A stretch of 61,148 nt of DNA, taken from positions 1 to 61,148 of IMG/VR virus record IMGVR_UViG_3300037408_000144; one strand, given 5' to 3'. Under the pieces are notes generated by a model, which saw nothing but the letters and a program-made list of their open reading frames with translations, was not told the DNA's origin and made no database searches. How positions within the stretch are numbered: the first letter of the stretch is position 1; each line of letters begins with the position of its first letter. The translations under genes were made by a program, and so were the position numbers. This document shows positions 20,701 to 28,248 of the stretch, one piece after another. This stretch comes from a virus (lineage: Duplodnaviria > Caudoviricetes).

Positions 20701-20826
20701 ACGCTCCTGCGTACCCGCATCGAGTGCATCCAGGCTGTCGAACCAGACGTGGCGCTTCTGCGTAGCCACGAACAGGCAGTACCGTCCCTGAGACGGCAGA
20801 ACGTCTTGGTAGAACTGCAGGGGCAC
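17704..20826 (-). CDS. Primase-helicase (primase N-terminus, Cys cluster, DUF927-like P-loop helicase)
   Basis: FDIDAG, VSSGAGLHVY, DAARVLRPPGT, CSGCAHRG, Walker A SPKSGIGKT, Walker B FMDE. Confidence 0.85.
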   Translation of the reverse strand: MPLQFYQDVLPSQGRYCLFVATQKRHVWFDSLDALDAGTQEREDSQGIYFATASFQTSAARTGDNVAFRRSLAFDIDAGEEKFAKHGDAVYPTQREALLAVAQWVQANSLKPSYVVSSGAGLHVYFCLDADVELAQWLPLAKALKAMALAQGLRIDPTVTSDAARVLRPPGTLHSSGARVAVLTRSGAKYNLNDMAARVAAFVPQEAPARKRSLNAEVLEAPVGPPKSAEKIRQNCAAMQHAMGLRGDVAEPYWRAMLGVIKFTQEGSDAAHTYSQGHPEYDYDVTQSKLDRWTAGPTTCATFEAENPSACSGCAHRGTIKSPIQLGMLSIQEMTAQQPALTVEQPEAAADSYMPFSDEGEELAAPATHAAPMPWDGYLPHGFHIIKSGNGDYVLTAEVQIPIKTPTGEESVISTKEQFCPQPYWLESWAPGTSENDQAMSVYTVYDNAQKKATRYTLPTRLLAKRQDFIAHLAGQNVQVFPATTRTYNSMEQYIRASMERIRAAGQRPKIMARFGSFYNQKGELTVAQGPHLITRTGDVYEGVVQEKLRSRGTAYTVPLPHNASGRWGPEVWQEHILPRARRHVDYLNEFYSDSNFLPYQLAISLAISSPLLTFVQGSYYPGSELPGMGLTVSLFSPKSGIGKTSAMAAAALAYGVPNNIVSQLDRNNSTGNARGELALQAGTMPSFMDEMEDVPPAELASLISAIGNGVSKTRLKKDLSVTGGEKMTLINVMSTNKSHREIAAVDRSESMAVQFRLLEIECSGVTAVSRERSLQETEARSALADCAGALGAVLHYEMCRQGGEMLNKAGIECADKARAMLDGGQDGRFMWRALGALLLMRRLLKPWGLKFFNLDELVREFKRWHDASYEFAVEGIVPTEPDAQMALFLSDIAGSTLITRSMKMPGKNTPVDVPLNDRVPENVLARSVLDEGCIYFKSDALRDWCHRRKVSHHTLLNACRDMNILEPPELDRPSRLAHAIDLYRNTKMAQNLRVSAMKVIVARLGRDVDYTRALGDNVRVLRQPDAVVEDQIPKSSANS

Positions 20827-20827
20827 G

Positions 20828-21094
20828 TTAGACCTCCTCGCGGATGGCCTTGCGGATTTCCTGCAACTTGGCTTCGACGTGCTCCTTGTAGTTGACGCGC
20901 TGCACTGGCAGACGGCCGTCGGTTGTGGCTTGTTGGAGTAGGTGGATGGCCCGCTCTATGCGCTTGCGCATCGCTGGGCGCGGCTTGAATCGCTCGTGCA
21001 GCCACGTGTAGACCGTGACCCGGCTAACACCGACCAGGTCGGCGAACTGCTGCTGCGTGATGCCGGCGCGTTCGAGAACTGCGAAGTCGAACAT
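20828..21094 (-). CDS. HTH (XRE/Cro-like) DNA-binding protein (88 aa)
   Basis: GITQQQFADLVGVSRVTVYTW; ATG at 21094 with GGAG SD. Confidence 0.8.
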   Translation of the reverse strand: MFDFAVLERAGITQQQFADLVGVSRVTVYTWLHERFKPRPAMRKRIERAIHLLQQATTDGRLPVQRVNYKEHVEAKLQEIRKAIREEV

Positions 21095-21105
21095 GAAATC
21101 TCCAT

Positions 21106-21136
21106 GAGAAAGCCCCCCGGGACTCCGGGGGGGCTT
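21106..21136 (-). terminator. Putative intrinsic terminator after the SSB-like gene
   Basis: AAGCCCCCC...GGGGGGCTT stem followed by a short T run. Confidence 0.55.
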
Positions 21137-21146
21137 CGTAGTCAGG

Positions 21147-22229
21147 TCAGTCGTCCGTGGCGCCCAGGATCGACGACAGCTCGCCCAGCAGGGACGACGC
21201 CGCTTCAGCGGTGTCCGCCGGGGGCGTCTCGGCCTTCGGCTTGGTGGGCTTCGCAGCGGCCTTGGGGGCCGGCTTGGCGGGCTCTGCGCCCAGGATGGCA
21301 TCCTCCACTTCCTGCGCGGCCACAGCGGGCTTGGCGGGCTTCGCAGCGGGCTTGGCGGGCTCTGCGCCCAGGATGGCATCCTCCACCTCCTGCGCGGCCA
21401 CAGCGGGCTTCGCAGGGGGCTTCGCAGCGGGCAGTGCAGCGGGTTTTGCCGGGGCCGCCAGTGCGGGGGCACCGACTTCCTGTGCCATACGTACCGACGG
21501 GACACCGACGATGTCCTTGACCACCGGGTCCTCGAACAGCGCACTGATCTTCTCGTAGGTTTCGTCGGACACCAGGCCCGCAGGCTTGAACGTCAACTTC
21601 GGCGTCGGCGCTTCCATGTCGAAGGCGATCTTCATGACGACTTCGTTGTAGTCCTTGCCGTGCGAGTCCGCGAGCTTGACTGCATCGGAGAACGCCGCCC
21701 GCGAGCCGGCAGGGACGCTGAGCAGGTACGTGGTCAGCTTCGGGTCCTTGGCGTCGGTGACGGCCAGGCGGGTACGCACGGTGCACGCCGTGCCCTTGGC
21801 GGCATGCCCGTCGGCGGAGGTCTTCGTACCCCACTGCGCGTGCGGGCACAGTTGGCAGTTGGCATGCTGCGGTTCCTCGACCGATGCGTCCGGGCGCTGA
21901 CCATCGTGACTGAAGCAGGTCGGCTTGCCAGCCTCGTCGCCCTCGGTGTAGCTCTTGGCGTAGAACACGCGGGCCTTGGAGTTGGCGCGCACGACGGTAA
22001 GCTGCAGGGCAGCGACGGGCACTTCGACGGAGTTGCCATCCTCGTCGGTCATGGTGCGCACCAGGGGCTTGCGCTCGTTGTCACGGACGATGGCGAACAC
22101 CTTGCCCTTGATCGACAGAACCGGGAAACCGGCGCTGCCCATCATGACGTCGGCATTCAGACTGCGTTCACGGCGGCGCGAAGTAACGGTGGCGGGGGTG
22201 GAGAAATCAAAGGGGATGACTGCGGACAT
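21147..22229 (-). CDS. Probable single-stranded DNA-binding / annealing protein
   Basis: KPTCFSHDG..PD..CQLCP..WG..AC pattern seen in such replication modules; P/A/K-rich tail with acidic end. Confidence 0.6.
   Translation of the reverse strand: MSAVIPFDFSTPATVTSRRRERSLNADVMMGSAGFPVLSIKGKVFAIVRDNERKPLVRTMTDEDGNSVEVPVAALQLTVVRANSKARVFYAKSYTEGDEAGKPTCFSHDGQRPDASVEEPQHANCQLCPHAQWGTKTSADGHAAKGTACTVRTRLAVTDAKDPKLTTYLLSVPAGSRAAFSDAVKLADSHGKDYNEVVMKIAFDMEAPTPKLTFKPAGLVSDETYEKISALFEDPVVKDIVGVPSVRMAQEVGAPALAAPAKPAALPAAKPPAKPAVAAQEVEDAILGAEPAKPAAKPAKPAVAAQEVEDAILGAEPAKPAPKAAAKPTKPKAETPPADTAEAASSLLGELSSILGATDD
21271..21410. repeat. Near-perfect 62-bp repeat at 78-bp period within the SSB-like gene
   Basis: 21271-21332 vs 21349-21410, one mismatch. 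Confidence 0.9.
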
Positions 22230-22244
22230 GTGGTTCCTCGGGGG

Positions 22245-22472
22245 TCAGAAAGTGGTGGGCTTGGCAATGCCGCGGATGACGGCCATGAAGCCCTGTTGGA
22301 GTTGGGTGGCGCCGATGCTGATCCAGCGCTGGTCAGCACCGGGTTCGCGCTGCAGCTTGGCAATGTATTGCCCGCACTGTTCGGCGAGTGCCTTGCCTTC
22401 GTTCATGAGGTCGGCTTCCGCTTCAGTTAGCTGGCGATAGCCGGTGATTTTCGGCTGGGTAAAGGTGTCCAT
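22245..22472 (-). CDS. acb2: Anti-CBASS Acb2-family cyclic-oligonucleotide sponge
   Basis: KITGYRQLTEAEADLMNEGK...RWISIGATQLQQGFMAVIRGIAKPTTF matches the recalled Acb2 pattern KIxGYRxL..K..RW..IG.T..Q.G.M...R.IA.P..F. Confidence 0.85.
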   Translation of the reverse strand: MDTFTQPKITGYRQLTEAEADLMNEGKALAEQCGQYIAKLQREPGADQRWISIGATQLQQGFMAVIRGIAKPTTF

Positions 22473-22495
22473 GCTTCCTTTCAGTGTGCGCCGGC

Positions 22496-22876
22496 TTAGG
22501 CTCGGCGGATGTTGACGGTACGCTCCACGCGCCAGTTGACTCCAGGCGGCAGATCGTTGCGCTCTTTCGTGTACTCCTCCACGGCGTTCTTGTTGACGCG
22601 CCGATCGAGGTACATGAACGGGTCTTCCTGTGCGCTCAGGAATTCCTTGAACAGATCCCAGTCTGCCAGGGATGCGGCAGTGCGGGTGCTGGTGTACGCA
22701 GTGCCGGCCGACGTCTTGAACGCCTCGGCCCCAGTGCGGTCCAGTTCGCTAAGGATGAAGGCTTCGGCCTTGTCCATCGCCGCCTGCACGGGGGCGACCT
22801 TGGCTTCGTATTCGACCTTCATCTGCGCCTTCAGGTCACGCAGAGCGATGTACTTTTCGACCACTTGGTCTATCAT
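22496..22876 (-). CDS. Conserved phage hypothetical protein (coiled-coil N-terminus)
   Basis: AAGGAG SD; YIALRD..FKTSAGTAY..DW..LPPGV. Confidence 0.75.
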   Translation of the reverse strand: MIDQVVEKYIALRDLKAQMKVEYEAKVAPVQAAMDKAEAFILSELDRTGAEAFKTSAGTAYTSTRTAASLADWDLFKEFLSAQEDPFMYLDRRVNKNAVEEYTKERNDLPPGVNWRVERTVNIRRA

Positions 22877-22910
22877 TTTGTGCTCCTTCGGTGGGGGTGT
22901 CAATCATACA

Positions 22911-22922
22911 CTAACGTGTTAG
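22911..22922. promoter_or_regulatory. CTAACGTGTTAG palindrome next to a minus-strand -10 (TATGAT)
   Basis: Perfect copy at a gene junction. Confidence 0.75.
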
Positions 22923-23039
22923 CTTAGGCGGGTACACGACAGCGTGTGACGAGCGTTTTGCTCGGGCAATAGCTTGCAGCATCAGGTACCGCGCCCAGGT
23001 AGGGTTGACGGGTTTGGAGGGTGGAGTGGGTGGCTTCAT
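22911..23039 (-). CDS. Small ORF, 42 aa (MKPPTPPSKPVNPTWARYLMLQAIARAKRSS...)
   Basis: ATGA overlap with the helicase stop; AAAGGAG SD; below the track cut-off. Confidence 0.5.
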   Translation of the reverse strand: MKPPTPPSKPVNPTWARYLMLQAIARAKRSSHAVVYPPKLTR

Positions 23040-24589
23040 GCTGCTCCTTTCAGTAGATCCAGCAGTGTGTTCTGCATGCTCTCACGCTTGCGGAGTCGGT
23101 CGTACATCACGCGCTCGATCGGTGTCGACTCGACGCACACGATGTGGGTGTTGAGTTTCTGCCCGGGACGGGGGATGCGTTCGTTGGCCTGCAGGAACGT
23201 CTCAGTCGATGTGGTCGGCCCGTACCACACGATGGTGTTGGCGGCAGTCAGATTCAGGCCGTGACTCATGGTACGTGCATCGGCCACCAGCACCCGGGGG
23301 TCTGCGCGTTTCTGGAAGTCGCTGAAAATCCTGTCGCGCTCGTTCTTCGACACTTCGCCGTACACGCACTCGACGCTGAAGTCCTTGCGCAGGTACTCGG
23401 CCAATGCCAGCAGTGCCTTGGTGTACGGCACGAACACGATGACCTTGGCCTCGGCCTCCTCGATGATCTCGCGTACCAGTTCCATGCGGGGTGCGGAGGG
23501 TATCACCACGTCTCCGCTGGTTCCGTAGGCCACGCCCGTGCATATCTGCACAAGCTTGCCCAGCTTCACGGCTTCATTCACAGCCAGCACCTGACCGCCC
23601 TCGTACTCGGCCTTCAGGTTGCGCAGCATGTCGTCGTACGCCTTCTTCTGCTCCTTGGTCAGCTCGACGGTGCGCGTGGTGTACGTGGTGGGCGGCAGGT
23701 CGATGCACTCCTCGCGGCTGAACCGGATGGCCGGCTGCATGGCGCTGCGCACGACGTCTAACGCGTTTGCCCGTGGCAGCCACTTGTAGGGGCTGATCTG
23801 CTTCATCACCTCGTCGCGGAACTTGCCGAAGTACTTCGGCACCGTGTGGGGCGTGATCAGCCGGCACTGGGCCCAGGCATCGGTGGGGGCGTTGGGGGTA
23901 GGGGTGCCGGTGAAGCCCCAGACGAACTTGCGGTTCTGGGTCAGCTTGACTGCGGCCTTGTAGCGCTCTGTGCCTGACGTGCGGCACACCGCCAGCTCGT
24001 CGATCAACACCACGTCGATGTCGTTCCGGGCGCACAGAGCATCCAGCAGTGGAGCGCTTTTGATGCCGTCGTGGTTGACGATGTAGATGTCGTGCTCGAC
24101 GGCCAGCATCTTGAGGCGCCGCTCCATCGACCCGTGCAGCACAGCGGCTGTCAGGTGCGGGAAGTGCGTGAATATCTCGTCTCCCCAGGTACGTTCCAGG
24201 GTGGACAGCGGTGCCACTACCAGCATGCGCTTGGCCAGGCCGCGCTGCGCCAGGTAGTCGAAGGCCCACAGACCCGACAGCGTCTTGCCGCTGCCCATGC
24301 CGTTGTTGCAGTACGCCCTTGGGTTGACGGTCAGGAATGCGGCTGTGGCTACTTGGTGCTTCATCGGCCCGTTGGGGTACCGGCACGGCCATTCGTAGTA
24401 GTGCTCGATCGGCGCCGGGGCGTCGAACTTCAGGTTGCGCAGCACGCGCACTTCGTCCTCACGGTGGGGCACCACCACCAGACTGCTGCCGTTGTGCGGC
24501 AGCACCTTGGCCGACGGGATGACATCGGCGACCCGTGCCGGGTTCTTCAGGTTCAGCACGAGCTTGCGGGATTCCTTATGGACCAGCAT
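23036..24589 (-). CDS. SNF2-family helicase
   Basis: GMGSGKT, LIDE, TGTPTPN, HGLNLTAA, QANERIPRPGQ. Confidence 0.9.
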   Translation of the reverse strand: MLVHKESRKLVLNLKNPARVADVIPSAKVLPHNGSSLVVVPHREDEVRVLRNLKFDAPAPIEHYYEWPCRYPNGPMKHQVATAAFLTVNPRAYCNNGMGSGKTLSGLWAFDYLAQRGLAKRMLVVAPLSTLERTWGDEIFTHFPHLTAAVLHGSMERRLKMLAVEHDIYIVNHDGIKSAPLLDALCARNDIDVVLIDELAVCRTSGTERYKAAVKLTQNRKFVWGFTGTPTPNAPTDAWAQCRLITPHTVPKYFGKFRDEVMKQISPYKWLPRANALDVVRSAMQPAIRFSREECIDLPPTTYTTRTVELTKEQKKAYDDMLRNLKAEYEGGQVLAVNEAVKLGKLVQICTGVAYGTSGDVVIPSAPRMELVREIIEEAEAKVIVFVPYTKALLALAEYLRKDFSVECVYGEVSKNERDRIFSDFQKRADPRVLVADARTMSHGLNLTAANTIVWYGPTTSTETFLQANERIPRPGQKLNTHIVCVESTPIERVMYDRLRKRESMQNTLLDLLKGAA

Positions 24590-24983
24590 CCAGTTTCTCC
24601 AGCACGGCCTCAGGCCGCAGGTGTGTGTAGCGTTTCAGGTTCTGCCAGGACATGTGCCCCGACACCAGTGCGACTTCTGGGATGTTCAGCCCGGCCTCGA
24701 ACGGCCGGCAGATCCCCTCGTGCCGCAGGTCATGAAACCGCAGGTCGTCGATGCCCAGGCGCTTGCAGGCCCGCTCGAACGATGCCGATACGGACTCCGA
24801 GTTGTAGGGCAGGATGCGCTCGTCGAACCGAGGCATGGCGTCGATGATCTTGCGGGCTCCAAGCGGTACTGGCACCGTCTCGGTTCTTGGTGTCCGAGGG
24901 TGCTTCGTGTCACGCAGCGTGACTGTGCGCCCATCATAATCCAACCACCGCATGTTGCACAGCTCTCCAAGTCGCCGTGGAAG
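24576..24983 (-). pseudogene. int: Tyrosine integrase, catalytic C-terminal fragment only
   Basis: LPRRLGELCNMRW...KHP...FHDLRHEG...VSGH...RYTH; in-frame TAA shortly upstream, no N-terminal domains. Confidence 0.85.
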
Positions 24984-25016
24984 CTGTGTACGGCCCCGAT
25001 GCTGGATTGGATGGAC
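24972..25016 (+). other. Putative attP: copy of the dusA 5' coding segment
   Basis: Reads SPWKLCTAPMLDWMD, resembling the DusA N-terminal motif (R)FSVAPMLDWTD. Confidence 0.7.
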
Positions 25017-25037
25017 TCCATAGGTAAAAATTTACGC

Positions 25038-25058
25038 GCTACACCGGTGCTACACCGG
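25038..25058. repeat. GCTACACCGG x2, candidate integrase arm sites
   Basis: 25038-25047 and 25049-25058, 11-bp period, beside the att-like core. Confidence 0.6.
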
Positions 25059-25072
25059 AGACGCGTTTTCTG

Positions 25073-25330
25073 TCACCCTTCGCTGCGCTTCGAGACCCAA
25101 GTCCGCCTGCGCCACCAGACTCGGTAGGAGCGTTCTTCCTTGGCCGCTGCCGCCTGCTCTACGAGCCACATGGGGTCTCCGCGGTACGCAGGAAGACTCC
25201 ACGAAACGCCGTCCCACCAGCGAATCGGCCCGAAGTTCCTGTTGATGGATGCCGGCCACCAACCGATGGCTGGCGGCGGGCCAGAGTGCCACACTGTGCG
25301 GCGCTTTGAGTTCGACACGAGTGCGGTCAC
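25073..25330 (-). CDS. Hypothetical Trp-rich protein (85 aa)
   Basis: GTGA overlap; WHSGPPPAIGWWPAS..RWWDG. Confidence 0.7.
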   Translation of the reverse strand: MTALVSNSKRRTVWHSGPPPAIGWWPASINRNFGPIRWWDGVSWSLPAYRGDPMWLVEQAAAAKEERSYRVWWRRRTWVSKRSEG

Positions 25331-25707
25331 TTGATCCTCCTTGTGAATTCCGCCATCAGCTCTTGCGATATGGCCTGGATGGCGTAAGCCTCCTGCTCGG
25401 TACCTGGTCGGGTCTCCCCGATTTCGTCGCACCACTGCTGCCATACATGCACGGCTTCATGGACAAGCATCCCGGCCACTTCGATGGGGCTGTGGTTCTC
25501 GTGTCCTTCGATGCAGACGATGCAGACGATCCCGTTCTCCTCGTGTGTGAACGTGTGCGTCGTCGCGTTAGCGCCTCGCCCTACCCATCTCGGTATCTCC
25601 GGCGACTTCAGGTGCTGAACGGCCTCTCGGTACTCCGCCTGACTCAGGCAGAGCGCCAGGTATGGGCCTGGCGGTCCTAGCCGACGGTCAAGCCAGCGCA
25701 CCTTCAT
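25327..25707 (-). CDS. Small HExxH metallopeptidase-like protein (126 aa)
   Basis: LVHEAVHVWQ...EQEAY; ATGA overlap. Confidence 0.7.
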   Translation of the reverse strand: MKVRWLDRRLGPPGPYLALCLSQAEYREAVQHLKSPEIPRWVGRGANATTHTFTHEENGIVCIVCIEGHENHSPIEVAGMLVHEAVHVWQQWCDEIGETRPGTEQEAYAIQAISQELMAEFTRRIK

Positions 25708-25976
25708 TCCTCGATCCTCTCCCGCAGCTTGTCCGGCAGCAGCTTGTGGTCGTCGGAGCGGATCAAGATGTCGCCCTCTGCGGGAGGAAGCAGGAAGTTG
25801 TTCTTCCACCAGTTCTGCAGGTCCGCCCACTGCTTCAGCCTGTTGTCGACGACGTCCATCGGGATCTCGTGCACCTTCTTGAGCATCGGCGTGTCCGGGT
25901 TCAACCGGTTGTGCCTGTCGATGGCGTAGCGCCACTGGGGGAAGGTCCACCCCAGGAACTTGAACATCTCGGTCAT
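25704..25976 (-). CDS. Hypothetical protein
   Basis: Coupled overlaps; GAGGAGG SD. Confidence 0.7.
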   Translation of the reverse strand: MTEMFKFLGWTFPQWRYAIDRHNRLNPDTPMLKKVHEIPMDVVDNRLKQWADLQNWWKNNFLLPPAEGDILIRSDDHKLLPDKLRERIEE

Positions 25977-26224
25977 TGCGTCACCTCCTCACAGCGCAGT
26001 TCGTCGTTAGGCCCGACGATCCAGCGGTACCTGGGAACAATCTCCCCGGGGGAGATCTCTCGAAACATCTCGCACACGGCCGTGTACTCGACAACGTCAG
26101 CCTCGAACATGCGCTCGGCCCGGCCGACGGCGCAGAGACCCATGACGCGCAGCACGCTCGGCTCGTACGCCTGCACATCTCCAGCCGGCAGCGTGAACTT
26201 GCCGACTCGCTTGTTGACGGTCAT
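25973..26224 (-). CDS. Hypothetical protein (83 aa)
   Basis: ATGA overlaps at both ends. Confidence 0.7.
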   Translation of the reverse strand: MTVNKRVGKFTLPAGDVQAYEPSVLRVMGLCAVGRAERMFEADVVEYTAVCEMFREISPGEIVPRYRWIVGPNDELRCEEVTQ

Positions 26225-26439
26225 CGCTTCTTCTCCGCGGGGTGGTCCAGCAACCACCCTCTCTTGGTTGATCTGACGACTGCGACGGCGCGCAGCCACT
26301 CTCGTTGCATGTACTCGTTGTCAGGGAACAGCCACTGGGCGCGGCGTTCGATAGCACTGGGTTCTGGTGCGGTGTGCTTACGCGACTCGTAGTGCAGCTG
26401 CACGACCGTGGCGCTCAGAGAAGCAGGCAGCATGCTCAT
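26221..26439 (-). CDS. Hypothetical protein (72 aa)
   Basis: ATGA overlaps at both ends. Confidence 0.65.
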   Translation of the reverse strand: MSMLPASLSATVVQLHYESRKHTAPEPSAIERRAQWLFPDNEYMQREWLRAVAVVRSTKRGWLLDHPAEKKR

Positions 26440-27011
26440 CCCGGCATCCCCTGCAGGTTCTGGCGCAGACTGTCCATCAGGTTGAACAGGTACTGCAGCT
26501 GCCACAGTGCGTCGTACCCGGCGTCGTGCGCCATCTCGTTGTCCGGCGGCTGCAGCTTGCCCTCGGGGTCGACCAGCTTGTACAGCGTCATCATGTCGCG
26601 CTCGGCGTTGTACTTCCACGCCCGAGACAGGCCGGCACGCATGAACAGACTGTTGATGATCGGCAGGTCGAACATCGCTGGCGAGGCCCAGACATCGCAG
26701 CCGTAGTGCTCGACCGCCAGGGACAGCTCGTGGCGCAGCTTGTGTACCGTGGTCCTACGGTCTTCGTCGGTCAGGAACACGCGTCGGATCACGGCGGGGT
26801 CCTGGGTCAGCCACCAGCGGGCGGTCTCCGGGTCGAAGCGGCCTCGCGGCTCGTCGGTCATCCAGCGGGTCTGTGGGTGCACCAGGATCTCCCGGGTGGC
26901 CCAGTTGCCCACGCACCAGCCGACCTGCACCACGTGGGCGTCAGGGGTCGTGGCGAGAGTTTCCACGTCGAGCATCAGCGCGACGGTGGACCTGTTAGTG
27001 TCAGGTGTCAT
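26436..27011 (-). CDS. DEDDh 3'-5' exonuclease / exoribonuclease
   Basis: LMLDVETL, FDLPII, ERDMMTL, HDAGYDA. Confidence 0.85.
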   Translation of the reverse strand: MTPDTNRSTVALMLDVETLATTPDAHVVQVGWCVGNWATREILVHPQTRWMTDEPRGRFDPETARWWLTQDPAVIRRVFLTDEDRRTTVHKLRHELSLAVEHYGCDVWASPAMFDLPIINSLFMRAGLSRAWKYNAERDMMTLYKLVDPEGKLQPPDNEMAHDAGYDALWQLQYLFNLMDSLRQNLQGMPG

Positions 27012-27043
27012 TGGTTTCCTTTCAGTGTCAGTGAATCCAGAAT

Positions 27044-27183
27044 GGCTCCGATTACCCGTACTTTGTTACCCGGCCGCAAGGTTTACCCATGCCGCCACGC
27101 CATGATTTTCGGGGGGGTGGCGGTTAGAGATCGGAGCCTAGCCGCGATACATCTGGTGGTATCGCTTTGGAGCGTGCCGCCCC
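27044..27183 (+). other. Structured intergenic element with three TTACCC repeats (candidate ncRNA or att-arm region)
   Basis: Stems GGCTCCGAT/ATCGGAGCC, CCGCCAC/GTGGCGG, GCGATAC/GTATCGC; GGCC-GCAA-GGTT hairpin. Confidence 0.35.
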
Positions 27184-27191
27184 TCACGTCT

Positions 27192-27449
27192 TCAGACTTG
27201 GGAGTGTTCCCAGTGTTCTTTCGCGCCGACGTGCGCGTCGTCGATGTGCTGTGCCAGGTCCCGCACGTGCACCATGAGTGGTGCCTTCTGCGACTCGCGC
27301 AGGCGGAAGGTGGGGACTGGCAGCTTGTTCAGTGCCGCGTGTTCCTGTGCTGCCTTCGGAGACAGCCCGAAATACTGCTCGCAGATGCTGGCCAGGGGGA
27401 CGACTGGTGCGCCGAGGTTAGACACCAGGGTCTTTTCCGTGTCGGTCAC
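27192..27449 (-). CDS. PrtN-family protein (probable excisionase-like)
   Basis: VPLASICEQYFGLS...LPVPTFRLRESQKAPLMVHVRDLAQHID. Confidence 0.8.
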   Translation of the reverse strand: MTDTEKTLVSNLGAPVVPLASICEQYFGLSPKAAQEHAALNKLPVPTFRLRESQKAPLMVHVRDLAQHIDDAHVGAKEHWEHSQV

Positions 27450-27718
27450 TTCTTCTTCCTCCCGTACATGTCGCCGTGCTCGTCGCGCCAGCTGCGGTTT
27501 TCACCGCGGTCGACGACGCGCAGGTTGCCCTTCGCGTTAGTGCCCCCCTTGTCCAGGGGCCGCTTGTGGTCTACATCCTTGCCGTCGCCGACACGCGCCC
27601 GGCCGTCCTTGATGGCTTCGCGGCGCGCGGCGTTGTTCTGCACGCGCTTGTCCACGTTCTCGGGGCGGGCGTTATATGCCTTCTGGTATTCCAGCTTGGC
27701 CTTGCTACTCTTTGGCAT
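27446..27718 (-). CDS. Small HNH endonuclease
   Basis: GDGKDVDHKRPLDKGGTNAKGNLRV..ENRS. Confidence 0.85.
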   Translation of the reverse strand: MPKSSKAKLEYQKAYNARPENVDKRVQNNAARREAIKDGRARVGDGKDVDHKRPLDKGGTNAKGNLRVVDRGENRSWRDEHGDMYGRKKK

Positions 27719-28073
27719 ACGACGACTCCTTGTCTAACACGCGGCGCTTCAGTTCGTCTATCACGCTAACATCGCGCACCCCAACGAAGGACACGCCTCC
27801 TGCGACACCCACAGCTTCGTGGAACTTGGCCTGGTGGGGTGTGGCATCGCTGGGTTCGTTGGGGGCTTTCGTCTCCAGCGAGAAGAATATCCCGTTCCAG
27901 CACCCGATGAAGTCGTGCACGCCATGCACAGCAAACGGCCCGGCTACGGGCATGAAGAAGAACCCCTCGTACTCCCGGGCCTTGCCGTTGACGATGTCGG
28001 AAAAAGGCACCAGCCCCTCGGCCATGAGGGCCTTCTTGACTGCGGTCTTGACCGCGCCTTCAGGCGTCGCCAT
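27705..28073 (-). CDS. VRR-NUC-type nuclease / Holliday junction resolvase (122 aa)
   Basis: TPEGAVK, GVHDFIGC, SLETKAP, TPHQ. Confidence 0.8.
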   Translation of the reverse strand: MATPEGAVKTAVKKALMAEGLVPFSDIVNGKAREYEGFFFMPVAGPFAVHGVHDFIGCWNGIFFSLETKAPNEPSDATPHQAKFHEAVGVAGGVSFVGVRDVSVIDELKRRVLDKESSYAKE

Positions 28074-28248
28074 GAATACTGGCCGCCAGTCGGCGGGCTT
28101 CAGACACGACTTCCTTGTGGAGGACGTCGATTTCTTCCAGGGCACCCATGAGGCGCGACACCAGGACGATCTCTCTGTCCGAGGCGTAGTTGTCCTGCAA
28201 GACCTGGTCGATAAGGTCGGTTGTCGTTTGTTGTTCGTAGCAGTTCAT
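28060..28248 (-). CDS. Hypothetical protein
   Basis: Overlaps both neighbours. Confidence 0.6.
   Translation of the reverse strand: MNCYEQQTTTDLIDQVLQDNYASDREIVLVSRLMGALEEIDVLHKEVVSEARRLAASIHGDA

Noticed and set aside
27118-27135. tRNA 3'-end-like TCTCTAACCGCCA on the minus strand
   Set aside because: No TTCRA T-loop or cloverleaf around it
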